Origin: a bacterium
Lineage (GTDB): Bacteria; RBG-13-61-14; DATKZS01
Direction of reading: 5' to 3'
DNA: 64,000 bases
Assembly (NCBI GenBank): GCA_963674965.2
Contig: CAXXFL010000001.1
Span: 704,001-768,000 of the forward strand
A program made the translations under genes and the position numbers. Under the pieces are notes generated by a model. That model saw only the letters and a list, made by a program, of their open reading frames with translations. It searched no databases and was not told where the DNA came from. Shown here one piece after another: positions 29,338-38,385 of this stretch. Positions within the stretch are counted from its first letter, which is position 1; each line of letters starts with the position of its first letter.

Positions 29338-29385
29338 TTGACCGGCCGGCGGCTTCGTGTTAAATAGAACGAACGTTCTGATTTA
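29338..29385 (+). promoter_or_regulatory. Operon promoter with palindromic operator
   Basis: TTGACC-17-TAAATA; TAAAT-AGAAC-GAAC-GTTCT-G-ATTTA palindrome over -10/+1. Confidence 0.7.
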
Positions 29386-29421
29386 CAAGAAGCGCCCCAT
29401 TAAGCTAACAAGGAGGAACCC

Positions 29422-30162
29422 TTGAAAATCGTGGCAATAAATGGAAGTCCCCGCAAGTGGAAGGGCAACACGGAAAGGGTCCTTAAACCTTTCCTCGAGG
29501 GGGCCAGCTCGGCGGGCGCCGAGGTCGAGGTCATTTACGTCAAGGAAAAAAACATAAAGCCCTGTCTTGGATGTAACTCATGCTTTCTCAAGACGCCGGG
29601 CCGCTGCGTGCAAAAGGACGACATGGCCGATATCATCGAGTCGATCCGCTCCAGCGACGTGATCGTACTGGCCTCTCCCATCTACGTTGGAGGAGTAACC
29701 GGCCAGACCAAGACCTTTCTCGACCGCCTCACTCCCTTGTCTCTTCCCTTTCTCGAGGTGGTGGACGGATACAGCGTCCATGAAAAACGGGAAGACTTCA
29801 AGCTTCGGGGGATCGCGTTCGTTTCTAACAACGGTTTTCACGAGCTATATCATTTCGACGACCTGATCGCGCACGTCAAGTCCGTGGCCAAGATGATGCA
29901 GACGGAATTTTTAGGCGCGATCTTAAGGCCCCATGGCGTAATTCTCGAGATGGCCGAGAAGCTCATGCCCGACAAGACGGCGGCCGTTTACGACGCGGCC
30001 CGCCGCGCCGGAGTCGAGTTGGTGGAAAAGGGCAGGGTCTCGGCCGAGCTCGAGGCCGAGGTGGCCCGGGAGCTTTTGCCTCGCGACTATTTCAACAAGG
30101 CGATGAACGATTATTTCCGCAAGGCGTGGGATGAAGCCGCGAAAGGCGAAACAATTAACTGA
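29422..30162 (+). CDS. Iron-sulfur flavoprotein / NADPH-dependent FMN reductase family
   Basis: INGSPR..GNT, CLGCNSC..C, DDM, LASPIY; AAGGAGG RBS + TTG. Confidence 0.88.
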   Translation: MKIVAINGSPRKWKGNTERVLKPFLEGASSAGAEVEVIYVKEKNIKPCLGCNSCFLKTPGRCVQKDDMADIIESIRSSDVIVLASPIYVGGVTGQTKTFLDRLTPLSLPFLEVVDGYSVHEKREDFKLRGIAFVSNNGFHELYHFDDLIAHVKSVAKMMQTEFLGAILRPHGVILEMAEKLMPDKTAAVYDAARRAGVELVEKGRVSAELEAEVARELLPRDYFNKAMNDYFRKAWDEAAKGETIN

Positions 30163-30190
30163 AACAAACAAAGGAAAGGCGGCCGATAAT

Positions 30191-31807
30191 ATGGACGTAA
30201 TCGAGACGAAAATCGACAAGTCCTCGGACGAGTACAAGAAGAACTTCGAGGACATGGCCGCGCTGGTCGAGGACCTTAACAAAGAGCTCGACCGCGCCTG
30301 GAACGAGCGCTCCGGGAAGTCCCTCGCCCGTCTCGAGGAGTCGGGCAAGCTTCCGGCCAAGAAGAAGCTCGAGCTTCTCCTGGATAAAAACACCCCCTTT
30401 CTCGAGCTTTGCCCCCTGGCGGCCAAGGACATGTACGACGGTAAAATCCACAAGGCCGGACTGGTCAAGGGCATAGGCGTGGTCTCGGGCAAGGAGGCGG
30501 CGATCAGCGTCAACGACGCCACCATCAAGGGCGGCTCGGCCTATCCCATGACGGTGAAAAAGATGCTTAGGGGCCAGACCATCGTCATGGAAAACCGCTT
30601 GCCCTCGATAAGCCTGATCGACTCGGCCGGCGCTTTCCTTCCCCTTCAGGCCGAGATATTCCCTGACTACGACGGGGGAGGCCGGGTTTTTTACAACCAG
30701 GCCATGATCTCGAAGATGGGCATCCCCCAGATCGCGGCGGTCATGGGACTTTGCACGGCCGGCGGCGCCTACGGCGTGGCCATGTGCGACGACGTGGTCC
30801 ACGTAAAGGGCCACGGGGCCATTTTCCTTGGCGGCCCGCCCCTGGTGAAGGCGGCCACGGGGGAGGAGGTGACGGCCGACCAGCTTGGCGGGGCCGAGGT
30901 CCATTGCGTCGAGTCGGGCGTGTCCGACTACATCGCGGAGGATGACGCCCACGCCATCGCCATAATCCGGAACATCGTGAAGAACCTTCCCCCCACCAGG
31001 AAGACCGAGCTGGCCATGGAGGACCCCGAGCCTCCGGCCTACGATCCCAAGGAACTTTACGGCGTGGTCAGCCCGGACCTTTCCAAGCCCTACGACATCA
31101 GGGAGGTGATAGCCCGGATTGTGGACGGCTCCAAATTCCTCGAGTTCAAGGAACACTACGGGACCTCACTCATCTGCGGCTGGGCCCACATCCACGGCTA
31201 CCCAGTAGGGATTTTGGGAAACAACGGCATCATCTTCTCGCAAGACGCCCTCAAGGCCACCCAGTTCATGCAGCTTTGCGACCGCCGCGAGGTCCCTCTC
31301 CTCTTCCTCCAGAACATCAACGGCTTCATTATCGGCAAGGCCTACGAGGAGGGCGGCATTACCAAGAACGGCCATAAAATGGTCAACGCCGTGTCCACCG
31401 TCTCGGTGCCCAAGTTCACGGTCATAGTGGGAGCGTCATTCGGAGCGGGCAACTACGCCATGTGCGGAAGGGCCTACTCGCCCCGCTTTCTCTATACCTG
31501 GCCCAACGCCCAGATCGGGGTCATGGGAGGGAAGCAGGCCGCGGGGGTGCTCGAGACCATAACCAACGACCAGCGCCAACGCCTCGGCCAGGAGCCCCTT
31601 ACCGAGGAGGAGGCCGCCAAGATAGTCGAGCCCATCATCGCCCGGGCCGCCGAGCAGGGAAACGCCTATTACGCCACGGCCAGGCTATGGGACGACGGGA
31701 TCATCGACCCCGCCAAGACCAGGGACGTGCTCGGGCTAAGCATCTCGGCGGCGCTGAACGCGCCCATCCGGGACGACAAGCTCGGGTACGGCGTGTTCAG
31801 GATGTAA
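30191..31807 (+). CDS. Acyl-CoA carboxylase carboxyltransferase subunit (MCC/geranyl-CoA carboxylase beta-like)
   Basis: NDATIKGG, CTAGGAY, GPPLVKAATGE, GAGNYAMCGR, ARLWDDG, YGVFRM. Confidence 0.92.
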   Translation: MDVIETKIDKSSDEYKKNFEDMAALVEDLNKELDRAWNERSGKSLARLEESGKLPAKKKLELLLDKNTPFLELCPLAAKDMYDGKIHKAGLVKGIGVVSGKEAAISVNDATIKGGSAYPMTVKKMLRGQTIVMENRLPSISLIDSAGAFLPLQAEIFPDYDGGGRVFYNQAMISKMGIPQIAAVMGLCTAGGAYGVAMCDDVVHVKGHGAIFLGGPPLVKAATGEEVTADQLGGAEVHCVESGVSDYIAEDDAHAIAIIRNIVKNLPPTRKTELAMEDPEPPAYDPKELYGVVSPDLSKPYDIREVIARIVDGSKFLEFKEHYGTSLICGWAHIHGYPVGILGNNGIIFSQDALKATQFMQLCDRREVPLLFLQNINGFIIGKAYEEGGITKNGHKMVNAVSTVSVPKFTVIVGASFGAGNYAMCGRAYSPRFLYTWPNAQIGVMGGKQAAGVLETITNDQRQRLGQEPLTEEEAAKIVEPIIARAAEQGNAYYATARLWDDGIIDPAKTRDVLGLSISAALNAPIRDDKLGYGVFRM

Positions 31808-31811
31808 GGAG

Positions 31812-33305
31812 ATGGCCATGTTCAAAAAAATACTGGTGGCCAACCGGGGAGAGATCGCAAGGCGCGTCATTCACGCGTGCCGAGAGATGGGCGTCGAGAC
31901 CGCGGCCGTTTACTCCGAGGCCGACGAAAAGGCCCTCCACGTTCTCGAGGCCTCCGAGGCCGTGAGCCTGGGGCCGTCCGAGCCCTCTCAAAGCTATTTG
32001 AATATCGACAAGATAGTCGAGGCGGTTAAAAAGACCGGCGCCGAGGCCGTGCATCCGGGCTACGGCTTTTTGGCCGAGAACGCCCGCTTCGCCAAGCGGA
32101 TCGAGGAGGAGGGCGTCGTTTTCATCGGACCGCCCTCGGCCGTGATCCGGGACCTGGGCGACAAGATCGTGGCCCGGCGCATCATGAAGGACGGCGGAGT
32201 GCCCATTACTCCCGGCATGATCGAGCCGGGCCCGGACCCGGCCCGGGTGGCCGCCGAGGCCGACAAGATAGGATATCCCGTTCTTATCAAGGCCGCCGCC
32301 GGCGGGGGGGGCAAGGGCATCAGGATCGTGAACTCGGGCGGGGAGATCGCCGACGCCCTGGCCGGGGCCTCGAGCGAGGCGAAAAGCGCCTTTGGCGACG
32401 GCTCGGTTTACGTGGAGAAATTTTTTCCCAAGGCCCGGCATATCGAGTTCCAGATACTGGCCGACTCGCATGGGAACGCGATCCACCTTTGGGAGCGCGA
32501 GTGCTCGATCCAGCGCCGTCACCAGAAGATAATCGAGGAGTCTCCCGCCAACGTGATGACGCCCGAGCTGCGGGAGAAGATGGGCCAGGCCGCGGTGGCG
32601 GCGGCCCGGGCCTCGGGCTACGTGAACGCGGGCACGGTCGAGTTCCTGGTGGACGAGAAGGGCGACTTTTATTTCCTCGAGGTCAACACCCGCCTCCAGG
32701 TCGAGCATCCCGTGACCGAGATGATCACGGGGATTGACATAGTAAGAAAGCAGCTCGAGATAGCCTCGGGGGAAAAGCTGGGTATAAGGCAGGAGGACGT
32801 TATGGGCAGGGGCCACGCCATCGAGTGCCGCCTTTACGCTGAGGACCCGAGAAGCGACTTCATGCCCTCGCCCGGCAAGATCAAGTACTACAAGGAGCCC
32901 GCCGGACCGGGGGTAAGGGTTGACGGCGGGGTCTACTCGGGCTTCGAGGTCCCGGTGGATTACGACCCCATCGTGTCTAAGCTCATAGTACACGGCGAGG
33001 ACCGGGACAAGGCCATAGCCAGGATGATCAAGGCCCTCGGCGACTACGTCGTTTTGGGAGTGACCACGCCCATTCCCTTTATGATCGACGTGCTGAACTC
33101 GGAGGCGTTTCGGGGCGGCGACATATTCACCGACTTCATCCCTCGCCATTTCGCGGACTGGAAGCCGGCGAACAGGAATAAAAGGGAGGCGCTTATCGCC
33201 TTCGTGGCGGACGAGCTTTCGGGCCGTGCCAGTAAAAAGCCCATTGCCGCGGGCAAGTCCCGGGTCCCGTCGCCTTTTGACACGCTGGGCAACTGGCGCC
33301 TCTAG
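31812..33305 (+). CDS. Biotin carboxylase subunit
   Basis: ANRGEIA, HPGYGFLAEN, GGGGKG, ERECSIQRRHQK, RLQVEHPVTE. Confidence 0.95.
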   Translation: MAMFKKILVANRGEIARRVIHACREMGVETAAVYSEADEKALHVLEASEAVSLGPSEPSQSYLNIDKIVEAVKKTGAEAVHPGYGFLAENARFAKRIEEEGVVFIGPPSAVIRDLGDKIVARRIMKDGGVPITPGMIEPGPDPARVAAEADKIGYPVLIKAAAGGGGKGIRIVNSGGEIADALAGASSEAKSAFGDGSVYVEKFFPKARHIEFQILADSHGNAIHLWERECSIQRRHQKIIEESPANVMTPELREKMGQAAVAAARASGYVNAGTVEFLVDEKGDFYFLEVNTRLQVEHPVTEMITGIDIVRKQLEIASGEKLGIRQEDVMGRGHAIECRLYAEDPRSDFMPSPGKIKYYKEPAGPGVRVDGGVYSGFEVPVDYDPIVSKLIVHGEDRDKAIARMIKALGDYVVLGVTTPIPFMIDVLNSEAFRGGDIFTDFIPRHFADWKPANRNKREALIAFVADELSGRASKKPIAAGKSRVPSPFDTLGNWRL

Positions 33306-33327
33306 GCGATGAAACGGAGAAGGTCGG

Positions 33328-33855
33328 ATGGAATACAATTTAATCCTGGATGGTGAGACCGCGCCTGTCGAGGTGGAGACCGAGGGCGAAGGAAAGATTT
33401 CGGTTACCATAGACGGCGTCAAAAGCGACGTGGCCTACTCGGTAATCGGCGAGCATCGGATACGTCTGGTTATCGAGGGGAAGGCGGTCGACGTCTTCGT
33501 GACGGGCGACTCGAGCGGGAAATCCATCTTGATCGGCGGCGAGTCCTTTTTGGTGGCCGATAAGGACGCGGCTGGGCAGCCGTCCTTCCGCAAGGTCGCG
33601 GTGGGGTCATTGCCGGACGTGGTTACCGCTCCCATACCGTCGGTGGTGGTGTCCGTGGCCGTGTCCGAGGGTGACCGCGTGGACAAGGGCCAGGCCGTGA
33701 TGGTGGTCTCGGCCATGAAAATGGAGACCACCCTCAGGGCGCCTTACAGCGGCACGGTGATCAGGGTGAACGCCGGGGAAGGCGACAAGGTCATGCCCGG
33801 GCACGTGCTGGTGGATATCGAGCGGGACGAGGACGGGGAGGGAGAACATGTCTGA
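33328..33855 (+). CDS. Biotin carboxyl carrier subunit (BT-like + BCCP)
   Basis: SAMKME biotinylation site. Confidence 0.9.
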   Translation: MEYNLILDGETAPVEVETEGEGKISVTIDGVKSDVAYSVIGEHRIRLVIEGKAVDVFVTGDSSGKSILIGGESFLVADKDAAGQPSFRKVAVGSLPDVVTAPIPSVVVSVAVSEGDRVDKGQAVMVVSAMKMETTLRAPYSGTVIRVNAGEGDKVMPGHVLVDIERDEDGEGEHV

Positions 33856-34624
33856 GGGCGAGCTTTTTTACCGCGTCGAGAAGAACGTGGGCTATTTCAC
33901 CATCAACCGGGAGGCCAAAAGGAACTCGATCAGTCCCGACGTGATCACGTCCTTTTTAAAGTACCTGGACGAGGCGGAGGCCGACGCCGAGGTCCGGGCC
34001 GTTTGCGTGACCGGCGCGGGGGACAGGGCCTTTTGCTCGGGCGCCGACCTGGGCGGGGCCATCGAGGGAGGCGAGACCGGCGCCTCGGGCTTTTCCTATT
34101 ACGCCAAACTCCTTAAGCGCATCGCGTCCTTTCCCAAGCCCACGGTGGCACGGGTCAATGGATACTGCCTGGCGGGAGGGATGGGCTTCATGCTGGCCTG
34201 CGATATAGTAATCGCGACGAAGGACGCCAAGTTCGGAACGCCCGAGGTCAACGTGGGGTTGTGGCCCATGATGATCGGCGCCCTCATCTTCCGGAACGCG
34301 CCAAGGAAGAAGGCCATGGAGATGATCCTTTTGGGCGAGAAGCTGGGCGCGGACAAGGCCGTCGAGATGGGCCTTATCACCCGCGCCGTTCCCAGAGATA
34401 AACTGGACGATGAGGTGGGCGGCGTCCTTGCCGGCCTGGCGGGCAAAAGCCCGATCGGCATGAAGATCGGCAAGGACGCCTTTTACAAGTCGGCCCATTT
34501 GCCGCTCGACGAGGCTCTTGACTACCTGGCCGAGCGGCTGGTTGAGGTCACGGCCACGGAGGACGCGGTCGAGGGGATCACGGCCTTCATCCAGAAAAGG
34601 CCCCCCCTGTTCAAGGGCAAATAA
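33848..34624 (+). CDS. Enoyl-CoA hydratase/isomerase (methylglutaconyl-CoA hydratase-like)
   Basis: FCSGADL, GYCLAGG, FGTPEVNVG. Confidence 0.9.
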   Translation: MSEGELFYRVEKNVGYFTINREAKRNSISPDVITSFLKYLDEAEADAEVRAVCVTGAGDRAFCSGADLGGAIEGGETGASGFSYYAKLLKRIASFPKPTVARVNGYCLAGGMGFMLACDIVIATKDAKFGTPEVNVGLWPMMIGALIFRNAPRKKAMEMILLGEKLGADKAVEMGLITRAVPRDKLDDEVGGVLAGLAGKSPIGMKIGKDAFYKSAHLPLDEALDYLAERLVEVTATEDAVEGITAFIQKRPPLFKGK

Positions 34625-34649
34625 ACGTCCTTATTGAAAGGAGACTCGA

Positions 34650-35519
34650 ATGTCGGAGCTTAAAGACAAGTGCGTTATATCCTGCGCTCTTACCGGGGTG
34701 CTTACCAATCCCAAGACGCACAACGTTCCGGTCACGCCCGAGGAGATGGCCAACGAGGCCAGGCGGGCGGCGGACGCGGGGGCCACCATCGTGCATTGCC
34801 ACTTCCGGGACCAGCGACCGGACATGGGCCACATGCCCTCGTGGGAGCCCGAGGTGGCCAACGCCATTATCCAGGCCATCAAGGCCGAGGTCCCCGAGAT
34901 GATCATCAACATGTCCACGGGCGTGCCGGGCCTGGACATCGAGGGGCCGCTGTCATGCCTCCGAGCCGGCAAGCCCGACATGGCGGCTATGAACTCGGGG
35001 TCCCTCAACTACCTCAAGCTCACGAGCAAGAACGAGTGGGCCTGGCCCCCCATGCTCTTCGACAACCCCATTGACAAAATACAAGGCTACCTGGACGTTA
35101 TGGACGAGTTCAACATCGTGCCCGAGTGCGAGTGTTTCGACACGGGCATCGTCAGGAGCGTGGTCCTCTTCGAGAGAAAGGGCATGCTCAAGTCTCCGGT
35201 CCACGTGTCCCTGGTCATGGGCGTGGCCTCGGGCATGCCCGCCGACCCGGACCTCCTGCCCATTCTCATCCGGCAACTGAATCCGGGGACCCGGTTCCAG
35301 ACCATCGTCATCGGCCGGGGCGAGATATGGGACGTTCACAGAAGGTGCGCCGAGCTTGGCGGCAACGTGCGCACGGGGTTGGAGGACACCTTCTATCTTC
35401 CCTCGGGGGACAAGGTCGACTCGAACGGCCCCCTGGTCGAGGCCCTGGTCAAGGTCGTCCGCGAAACCGGCCGCGAGCCGGCCAACTTCGAGGAAGCGAG
35501 GAAGATAGCGCTGCAATAA
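34650..35519 (+). CDS. Beta-keto acid cleavage enzyme (BKACE, DUF849/Kce family)
   Basis: CALTG, PVTPEE, HCH Zn ligands, NMSTG, GSLN, PECECFD, RTGLED. Confidence 0.92.
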   Translation: MSELKDKCVISCALTGVLTNPKTHNVPVTPEEMANEARRAADAGATIVHCHFRDQRPDMGHMPSWEPEVANAIIQAIKAEVPEMIINMSTGVPGLDIEGPLSCLRAGKPDMAAMNSGSLNYLKLTSKNEWAWPPMLFDNPIDKIQGYLDVMDEFNIVPECECFDTGIVRSVVLFERKGMLKSPVHVSLVMGVASGMPADPDLLPILIRQLNPGTRFQTIVIGRGEIWDVHRRCAELGGNVRTGLEDTFYLPSGDKVDSNGPLVEALVKVVRETGREPANFEEARKIALQ

Positions 35520-35520
35520 T

Positions 35521-35711
35521 CGGGTAACCCGCTAGAGGGGGGGGTGACCCGGCCGGTTTGAAAAAACCGTCCGGGTCCGGCGAAGCCGGATAGGTATATG
35601 GGGAAGATGACGAAGAACGGTGGAAAGACGTGGTCGCGAGAGGGGCGGAGCGGGATACCTATCCCGCTACACGGGACCCGCGCGGTTTCTACGAAACCGG
35701 ACGGGTCACCC
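35521..35711. repeat. Cluster of palindromic REP-like hairpins inside operon
   Basis: Related hairpins GACCCG..CGGTTT/AAACCG..CGGGTC at 35546-35577 and 35675-35707; also 35576-35590 and 35649-35670. Confidence 0.7.
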
Positions 35712-35773
35712 GGGCTGGGACAGCGCGGCAGAGGATTATAGGTTAAGTATTTCAGACATATAAGGAGGCGACA

Positions 35774-36922
35774 ATGGGTTTTGATAAGTATTTCACTGAG
35801 GAACACAACATTTTTCGCATGCAGCTCCGCTCTTTCGTGGAGAAGGAGCTTGCTCCTCACGCGGAGGAGTGGGAGAAGACGGGCTTTCCCAACGAGGTTT
35901 TCAAGAAGCTGGGTGAGCTTGGTTACCTGGGCCTCCGCTACCCGGAGGACGTGGGCGGCGCGGGCGTGGATTACTGGTACACGGTGATCTTCCATGAGGA
36001 GCTGACGCGGTGCAACTCGGGCGGCGTGGTCATGGGGGTGGGGGTCCAGACGGACATGTGCACGCCCGCCATCGCGGCCCACGGCTCTCCCGAGCAAAAG
36101 GCCGAGTTTTTAACGCCCGTGATCAAGGGCGAGAAGATCGGTTCCATCTGCGTGACCGAGCCGGGCGCGGGCTCGGACGTGAAGGCCATCCGCACGAGAG
36201 CGGTAAGGGACGGCGACTATTACGTCATCAACGGTTCCAAGACCTTCATCACCATGGCCTCGCGGGCCGACTTCCTGACCCTGGCCGCCAAGACCGACCC
36301 GGACGGCGGTTATAACGGCATATCTCTTTTCACATTTCCCACGGACACGCCCGGCTATACCATGCTCCGGAAGCTGGACAAGTTCGGCATGCACTCGGCC
36401 GACACCTGCGAGCTGACCATCGAGGATTGCCGGCTGCATAAGAAGTATCTCCTGGGCGAGGAGAACAAGGGATTCTACTACATCATGGAGGGCTTCCAGT
36501 TCGAGCGCATGGTCTCGGTCATCGCCTGCCTGGCCGCGGCGGAGAACTGCTTGAAGCAAACCATCGAGTACGGCCGCACGCGCGAGGTCTTCGGCAAGCC
36601 CATCATCCGGCACCAGGCCAACGCCCATATGATCGCCAACCTGGCCACCGAACTGGAGGCTGCCAAGGCCCTGGCCTACCATTGCGCGGACATGCTGAAC
36701 AGGGGGGAGGACGCGCTCAAAGAGGTGAGCATGTGCAAGCTTTTCGCCTGCGAGACGGGGGTCAAGGTAATGGACCGTTGCCTCCAGCTTCACGGCGGTT
36801 ACGGCTACATGGAGGAATACCACGTGGGCCGATCGTACCGGGACAACCGTCTCAACACCATCGGCGGCGGGGCCTCGGAGGTGATGCGAGAAATCATCTC
36901 GAGGATCGTCTGCGCCGGCTGA
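35774..36922 (+). CDS. Acyl-CoA dehydrogenase, AtuD (citronellyl-CoA dehydrogenase)-like
   Basis: GVQTDMCTPA, TEPGAGSD, NGSKTFIT, QLHGGYGYMEEY, IGGGASE. Confidence 0.9.
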   Translation: MGFDKYFTEEHNIFRMQLRSFVEKELAPHAEEWEKTGFPNEVFKKLGELGYLGLRYPEDVGGAGVDYWYTVIFHEELTRCNSGGVVMGVGVQTDMCTPAIAAHGSPEQKAEFLTPVIKGEKIGSICVTEPGAGSDVKAIRTRAVRDGDYYVINGSKTFITMASRADFLTLAAKTDPDGGYNGISLFTFPTDTPGYTMLRKLDKFGMHSADTCELTIEDCRLHKKYLLGEENKGFYYIMEGFQFERMVSVIACLAAAENCLKQTIEYGRTREVFGKPIIRHQANAHMIANLATELEAAKALAYHCADMLNRGEDALKEVSMCKLFACETGVKVMDRCLQLHGGYGYMEEYHVGRSYRDNRLNTIGGGASEVMREIISRIVCAG

Positions 36923-37022
36923 GGCGGCCTTAAATATATGGTCAAAACCCTTGTCAACGCGTCTCGAAGCGGCGCGGGCGCTTGATTTTTCCAGCGACTG
37001 TGCTATAAAATTATAAGAACAA

Positions 37023-37097
37023 GGGCGCTTAACTCAGCGGGAGAGTGCCACCTTCACACGGTGGAAGTCGTAGGTTCAAATCCTACAGTGCCCACCA
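37023..37097 (+). tRNA. tRNA-Val(CAC)
   Basis: GGGCGCT acceptor/AGTGCCC-ACCA, anticodon arm CCACC-TTCACAC-GGTGG, GGTTCAAATCC T-loop; upstream TTGATT..TATAAA. Confidence 0.96.
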
Positions 37098-37109
37098 TAA
37101 TAACGGCAA

Positions 37110-37131
37110 GGGGGCTATATGCCCCCATTTT
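37110..37131 (+). terminator. Putative terminator after tRNA
   Basis: GGGGGC-TATAT-GCCCCC-ATTTT. Confidence 0.55.
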
Positions 37132-37264
37132 AATATTCTCAGCCCTGGGGCGGGACGGCATATCTTCAATGCGCGTGGGCAAAGCCATCGCCGGCGGGGA
37201 TTTTTTCGGGCACGATAAGACGGCCTTGGCCGTTTAAGACGACACTCTTTGGAGGTTTCACTCA

Positions 37265-38326
37265 TTGAGCGGCAACCACTCGAGTACCCAGCCCGGCCGT
37301 CCCTTCATGAACAGGGGTGAAATTTATTATTATCTTAGGAGTCGCATTCCTCGCGAGCGCGACTCCCTTTTAAGTAAAGTCTCCAGCATCCGCCGGGCCG
37401 GCTCACCCAACCTGGTTTATTGCGTGGGCGTCATCACTATTTCAAGTCATTGCGTAAGAAATTGTATCTACTGCTCTTTTCGGGCTGACCGCACCAGCGC
37501 CTCCAAGTTTCGACTCTCCAGGAACGAGATTATGGAGGCGGCTGAAAGGACCCGGGCCGCCGGTATCAAGTACATCATGCTTTACTCGGCCGACGATCCT
37601 ACCATCAAAACCGAGGACGTTATCCAGTTGACGCGAGACCTGAAAAACAATTTCGACTTCGACGTGACCTTGTCCATGGGCGAGAAGGAGGCGGCGGTTT
37701 ACAACGCCTGGTCCGACGCGGGGGCAAGGTCCTATTGCATCCGGCACGAGACCTGCGACCCTCATCTATACCGGCGCATCCGTCCGTCCATGTTCTGGGT
37801 GGACAGAATCCGCGCCCTGGACGCGGTCAAGGCCTCGGGCCTTCGCCTGGCCACGGGCATCATGGTGGGCATGCCCAACCAGAGCTTCGAGAGCCTGGTC
37901 GAGGACATAGTCCTTTTTCAGGACGACAAGGTCTTCGGCGTGGTGGTCGAGCCCTACTCGCCGCCGGTGGACTCGCCCGGACATTCCCTTGCCATGCGGC
38001 CGGAGAACCTAATCGTGAACCCCGACCTGGCCACCATGGAAAAAGTCATCGCCATTACCCGCATAAACCGGCCGGACCTGATCATACCTCTTACCAATAC
38101 TCACCTTAAGCTCTACGACGCGCTGTCCGACAAGAAGCTTTTTACGGCCGGCGCCAACGCGGTCCTTCTCGAGATGACGCCTTCTCAATATATGCCCGTC
38201 GCCTCGAGCCATCCCTGCGCCGGATGGCCCGCGGACGAACCCGGCATTATCGAGAAGATCGGCGAGACCCTCGACAAGGGAGGATGGACCTTTACTCTCG
38301 AGTCTCCCATCAACTTCGGGAGATGA
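37265..38326 (+). CDS. Radical SAM protein, HydE/BioB/PylB-like
   Basis: CVRNCIYC, LSMGE, RHET, GIMVGMPNQ, AGANAV; GGAGG RBS + TTG. Confidence 0.85.
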   Translation: MSGNHSSTQPGRPFMNRGEIYYYLRSRIPRERDSLLSKVSSIRRAGSPNLVYCVGVITISSHCVRNCIYCSFRADRTSASKFRLSRNEIMEAAERTRAAGIKYIMLYSADDPTIKTEDVIQLTRDLKNNFDFDVTLSMGEKEAAVYNAWSDAGARSYCIRHETCDPHLYRRIRPSMFWVDRIRALDAVKASGLRLATGIMVGMPNQSFESLVEDIVLFQDDKVFGVVVEPYSPPVDSPGHSLAMRPENLIVNPDLATMEKVIAITRINRPDLIIPLTNTHLKLYDALSDKKLFTAGANAVLLEMTPSQYMPVASSHPCAGWPADEPGIIEKIGETLDKGGWTFTLESPINFGR

Positions 38327-38385
38327 CCCGGCGTTTCAGAGTCCGATGATGTTGCTCTTCAATCTTCGAAATATTTCTCGCGGCC

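Noticed and set aside
29366-29379. Gram-positive-type LexA (GAAC-N4-GTTC) SOS box
   Set aside because: Both copies flank a divergent TetR/catabolic pair with no DNA-repair genes; a local TetR operator is more parsimonious
31797-33422. 541-aa minus ORF and similar long antisense ORFs (6571-7752, 23884-25251, 57310-58350)
   Set aside because: Typical high-GC shadows opposite well-supported genes
35521-35711. CRISPR array or known riboswitch
   Set aside because: Only two related palindromes, no regular repeat-spacer period, no cas genes, no aptamer consensus I recognise
37023-38326. Pyrrolysine system (PylB-like radical SAM beside a tRNA)
   Set aside because: The tRNA has a CAC (Val) anticodon and canonical structure; no pylS/C/D; no evident in-frame amber readthrough
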